Part shown: positions 33,547-36,974 of the stretch, one piece after another
How the letters are laid out: every line of letters begins with the position of its first letter
Position numbering within the stretch: the stretch's first letter is position 1
Virus record (IMG/VR): IMGVR_UViG_3300030613_000020
Location: 1-36,974 of that record
From: a virus
Lineage: Duplodnaviria; Caudoviricetes
Reading direction: 5' to 3' (one strand)
DNA length: 36,974 bases
Translations under genes and position numbers: made by a program
The notes under the pieces: generated by a model
Seen by the model: the letters and a program-made list of their open reading frames with translations, nothing else
Databases searched by the model: none
Told to the model about the DNA's origin: nothing

Positions 33547-35939
33547 TGTAGTGGTATCGCCTTCCATGTTCCATGAATCTGCACGTAGAGCGTATCCCCG
33601 TCCGCGCTCGGCCACACGGGAACGTGTACATCGCGTTCACGAGGAACATTTGCCAATGCCGCCCCTGGCATATCGAATTGCACAAGAAATTTTCCCCCCG
33701 TCGGGAGCGTATGAGTATTGTCTGCATCGTGTATGAGCATCGTGACCTCTGTTGATAGATCGTATGCGAACACGGCCTCGGCCCCATTCTGCCAGCTCGT
33801 TCCAAAAGCATTGCGCAGGCCAATCAGAAGCGAATCATCGTTTGTACTGTATGAATAATTGCACATCGCCTCACCGATTATGAGCGGTTTGAGGCGTCCC
33901 CAAGTCCATAGGCGGCTGACATAAGAACTGCCGCTAAGGGGAGTCTGGCTTAATTGCCATTGTGGATCTGAAACGTAATAATGCATATCGTAGAAATCGA
34001 CACAGTTTGCTAATCTCTGAAACGTCCGAGTATGGCCAGTGGACTGACTAACCGTCACGGGATGTCTGTAGTCGTGCGCACGAATGGAATCATAGCAATC
34101 TTCAAAGAAGGAAATCATCTGACGAACGGTTCCATAACCGCTTGTTGTCATTGCTGCGGCTTCGTTCATCAGGTCGTATCCCACAAGCACGTCATTATCG
34201 GCATACCGGATTGCCAGCGAATCAATCATCTTGAGGTAGTTGGTTCGCATCGTGGTGTGTAATCCATCGAGCGCTTGCCACTGGAAATTTGATGGTAGTT
34301 CCGAATGAAAGCACTCTTCGGGGTATCCCCACCAATTGAAGATACTGAGCAGAACTTTGATACCTAAAGGTCTGCAAATATCATTGAGAAATGTGTCCAG
34401 ATGCCCGATATATGTCTGATTCCATGAGGAAAATCCCGTTGAATCGTTGAAAACTGTTGCTTGATCTAGCGCCCCGAAGACACGAATACAGTTGATTCCC
34501 ATGCCACGAATATAATTGAGGTCGGCCCGTATCGTTGTGCTATTCCAATATTCGGATAACCAGCCATAGGCGTCACTAGCACTACCAGCATTCTCATATC
34601 CAGGCAGAACATAGTTCGCACATTTGTAAGGGAGACCCATCGAGCCAACGGGAATCAGAGAATCGGCGGTCGCATATTCGATCATTACATCATCGATATC
34701 AAGCGTATCGTTTGGGCTCCTCACGCTGAATCCAACGGCTACCTTCGCCGTACCAACGGGGTAGTGAGATGGCAACGGGCCTACCTGCACATAGCGCGTC
34801 CAAGTATTTCCTACATACCAGTTGAGAACATCGGCACAATCCACACCACTTGAAAGCTCATCAATCTGGTTATGCGAGGCATCAAAGAAATGAATGAACG
34901 TACGCCCGAGAGTCCCACGAAAGTAGATGGAGAATACAAACATCTTGGTCGTATCAATGGCGATAAGAGTCGCTGGGAAAGCATACACAAGTTCTGATCT
35001 ATAACCGCCAGTACATGCTCCGTCGCTTCCTGTCGTGAGTCTAACGTAGGCATCGGCAGTGCCAGATCGTCCGCTAGTCGAATGCCAATAGAATTTACCA
35101 CCCGTACTCGTGCAGGTGGTGTCCCACAGAAACGGGGCTGCCGTGGAATCAAAAGTCCCGTTCTCGAAGCTTGGGTTTGGGCACAGATTTGTGGCCGTCG
35201 TGCAGAAAGCACCCGCCGTCCATGCCTGACGCAAATAAGGGGCACGCGTCGCATTGCCAAGCGCAACCGCTGGAGATTGAACGTAGCCTGTAGCTGCAAG
35301 TCCATTCACGCTATCAACAGCTAGACCACGCACACCAACACTCCCCGTTGCCGTGATATTGGGTGCCGTCAATCGCGTCCCTATCGTTGCGCTATCCGCT
35401 GCCAAGCCTCGGGTACCTGTCGTAGTATTGCTTTTGAGCTTTGCGGCTGTGATAATTGTTGCCGCCGTCACACTATCTGTAGCTATGCCACGGGTAGCAA
35501 TGTTCATCACCGTGGCACCTGTAGTTTCGTAGAGACCGCCGATCGCACCATTTACAACAAGCGTCTCGCCCGTTACAATCACAAAGCTACGTGTGTTCAG
35601 CGGATATCGTACCTGCTCGCTGTAATGCGCTGTCTGATAATTTGTGATCTCGATCCAGTAATAGCTATATGTATCGCTAAGAGTCAGCGCAAACGTGTAG
35701 CCGATTGTAGTCGTATCCGTGGTTGTACTCGTGTACGCAGTCTTGGAGTCCAGCGGATAGGCTGTGACCGTAGCCCCCTGTATCTTCTCCGCAATTCCAT
35801 CCTGATTATCGTCGAAGGTGAAACTATCGCGGTAGATAAACGTGCCAGCCCGGGCATCATTCTCGCAGTTAAGATAGATGGCGGCAGCGAAAACTACGAG
35901 AAAAAACAGGAGCGGCAGTATCCAAGTTCTTGCCCTCAC
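33543..35939 (-). CDS. Signal-peptide-bearing multidomain protein: repeat stalk, CBM-like domain and GH5-type glycoside hydrolase
   Basis: Signal ending ARA; NPSFENG...IDDVMIE CBM-like segment; DL..I..MGINCIRVF, YDLMNE, DFYDMHYY and KPLIIGE. Confidence 0.85.
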   Translation of the reverse strand: MRARTWILPLLFFLVVFAAAIYLNCENDARAGTFIYRDSFTFDDNQDGIAEKIQGATVTAYPLDSKTAYTSTTTDTTTIGYTFALTLSDTYSYYWIEITNYQTAHYSEQVRYPLNTRSFVIVTGETLVVNGAIGGLYETTGATVMNIATRGIATDSVTAATIITAAKLKSNTTTGTRGLAADSATIGTRLTAPNITATGSVGVRGLAVDSVNGLAATGYVQSPAVALGNATRAPYLRQAWTAGAFCTTATNLCPNPSFENGTFDSTAAPFLWDTTCTSTGGKFYWHSTSGRSGTADAYVRLTTGSDGACTGGYRSELVYAFPATLIAIDTTKMFVFSIYFRGTLGRTFIHFFDASHNQIDELSSGVDCADVLNWYVGNTWTRYVQVGPLPSHYPVGTAKVAVGFSVRSPNDTLDIDDVMIEYATADSLIPVGSMGLPYKCANYVLPGYENAGSASDAYGWLSEYWNSTTIRADLNYIRGMGINCIRVFGALDQATVFNDSTGFSSWNQTYIGHLDTFLNDICRPLGIKVLLSIFNWWGYPEECFHSELPSNFQWQALDGLHTTMRTNYLKMIDSLAIRYADNDVLVGYDLMNEAAAMTTSGYGTVRQMISFFEDCYDSIRAHDYRHPVTVSQSTGHTRTFQRLANCVDFYDMHYYVSDPQWQLSQTPLSGSSYVSRLWTWGRLKPLIIGEAMCNYSYSTNDDSLLIGLRNAFGTSWQNGAEAVFAYDLSTEVTMLIHDADNTHTLPTGGKFLVQFDMPGAALANVPRERDVHVPVWPSADGDTLYVQIHGTWKAIPLQ

Positions 35940-36043
35940 TTAACAACCTCCACGACACACAAGCTAGTAAGCAGAATAGCCACGAGCCACGGATAGATCG
36001 CAACAATCACTTCCAAGAGACCTCGCTTTCTCGAAGGTGAATT

Positions 36044-36069
36044 GCGGAGCGGGTATGATCCCGCCCCGC
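36044..36069 (-). terminator. GC-rich hairpin after the post-capsid gene (no U-tract)
   Basis: GCGGGGCGGG-AUCAUA-CCCGCUCCGC. Confidence 0.4.
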
Positions 36070-36081
36070 TCCCCGGTCCTC

Positions 36082-36675
36082 CTATTCGACCTTCTCGTAG
36101 TGACATACCCAAAGCCTAAAGCTTGCTATAGTTGTAGCCACCGAAACACCGTCCCAATGTTGAGCGATAAACCGTACCCAACGCCACATAGCCGAAGTAG
36201 GCATAGTGGCCGCCTCTACTAAGATATTGTGAGCCGTCCCAGTAGTAAATGTCGTGGCGGTTAATCCGACTGTTGGAAGCTGCGCAATGACACCCTTGGT
36301 CGTATTGACCGAAAACCAATTGGTATTATCAGGACTCCATTGCACCAGCACACCGATCGAATCATTAACGGCTGTTGCCGCAGCGAATGTAGCCATGAAT
36401 CCTAGAAATGCACTGGCCCCCATCGGCGTTATCCAATTCGATGCGTCGTAGACCTGTGATGTCTCCGGTAGACCCACCATTCCAAAGCCAGTGCTCCCAA
36501 CAAGCAGGGATACAACTTCGCTATCGGCCACCGCAGTTGTCCTGTCCTTGTGCCACATTATTTGTTGACATTTAAGCTCAGACTTGTTCGCGTTTCCGCC
36601 AGCCCCCGCTGCCAGGGCCATAGCCGGTGCAAGTAGGCACACGGCAATCAAAAGAGATATAAAAGTCCTTTTCAT
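36082..36675 (-). CDS. Signal-peptide-bearing beta-sandwich protein directly after the capsid gene (decoration-like)
   Basis: RBS AAGGAGG; MKRTFISLLIAVCLLAPAMALA; VQWSPDNTNW...RWVRF. Confidence 0.8.
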   Translation of the reverse strand: MKRTFISLLIAVCLLAPAMALAAGAGGNANKSELKCQQIMWHKDRTTAVADSEVVSLLVGSTGFGMVGLPETSQVYDASNWITPMGASAFLGFMATFAAATAVNDSIGVLVQWSPDNTNWFSVNTTKGVIAQLPTVGLTATTFTTGTAHNILVEAATMPTSAMWRWVRFIAQHWDGVSVATTIASFRLWVCHYEKVE

Positions 36676-36688
36676 GTCATGCACCTCC

Positions 36689-36974
36689 TTACTGCGTTAG
36701 CCACGGAACGATGAACTTATCGTTCAGGATGGCGGACCCGTCTTGGTACTTGGCCATGATCAAACGCCCGTGCCCCTTGGTCGGGATCTCATCAATCGTG
36801 ACCGTGAGCCCAGCTTGAGTACCGTGCACCATGCCCCTAGGGGCGGATACGATATTGTAATAGTTCGGTGCACTGTAGTAGACCTGAGTCGTGAAGATGA
36901 TAAACAGACCAAGCACCGTTGCCGGTCGGCCCGTCTCCATCCTGTTGCCGCTACCCACATAGGCTGCATCAACA
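36689..36974 (-). CDS. Major capsid protein, 3' part
   Basis: In frame with 1-802 through the terminal repeat. Confidence 0.85.
   Translation of the reverse strand, partial: VDAAYVGSGNRMETGRPATVLGLFIIFTTQVYYSAPNYYNIVSAPRGMVHGTQAGLTVTIDEIPTKGHGRLIMAKYQDGSAILNDKFIVPWLTQ
36721..36974. repeat. Terminal direct repeat, copy 2
   Basis: Matches 1-254 with 5 substitutions. Confidence 0.97.

Noticed and set aside
35936-36010. 24-aa hydrophobic ORF coupled to the GH5 gene
   Set aside because: Weak RBS and too short to support; the GH5 gene has its own GGAGG.
23-36451. Plus-strand ORFs in the supplied track
   Set aside because: They are antisense shadows of well-supported minus-strand genes, without recognisable motifs.
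1-36974. tRNA genes, integrase/att site, introns or inteins
   Set aside because: No cloverleaf around the GTTCGA-like hits I checked, no recombinase motifs, and no interrupted core genes seen by eye.

Overview
The window appears to be one complete, circularly assembled ~36.7 kb tailed-phage genome. Positions 1-254 repeat at 36721-36974 with 5 mismatches, and the major capsid gene runs across the junction. Nearly every gene is on the minus strand. In transcription order: an early region starting at a consensus sigma70 promoter near 19.9 kb (small ORFs, a hammerhead-like RNA, an RHH regulator, ssDNA-annealing protein, Cas4-like exonuclease, DUF6745-like pair, resolvase-like protein, dual-frame C5 methyltransferase, replication initiator), then terminase, portal, minor head, scaffold and capsid, then neck, a siphovirus-like tail and a lysis cassette. 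I found no integrase, CI-like repressor, tRNA, reverse transcriptase or CRISPR array. The most striking signal is that five genes inside the head/neck/tail operon encode proteins with N-terminal Sec-type signal peptides. Four of them are strongly enriched in the D-[S/T]-[AILVMT] motif, the Bacteroidetes periplasmic O-glycosylation sequon, and one has a TWGQIK motif near its C-terminus. My hypothesis is that this phage of an FCB-like host exports accessory virion proteins for host modification and attaches them at or after lysis. All calls come from reading motifs by eye; no searches were run.
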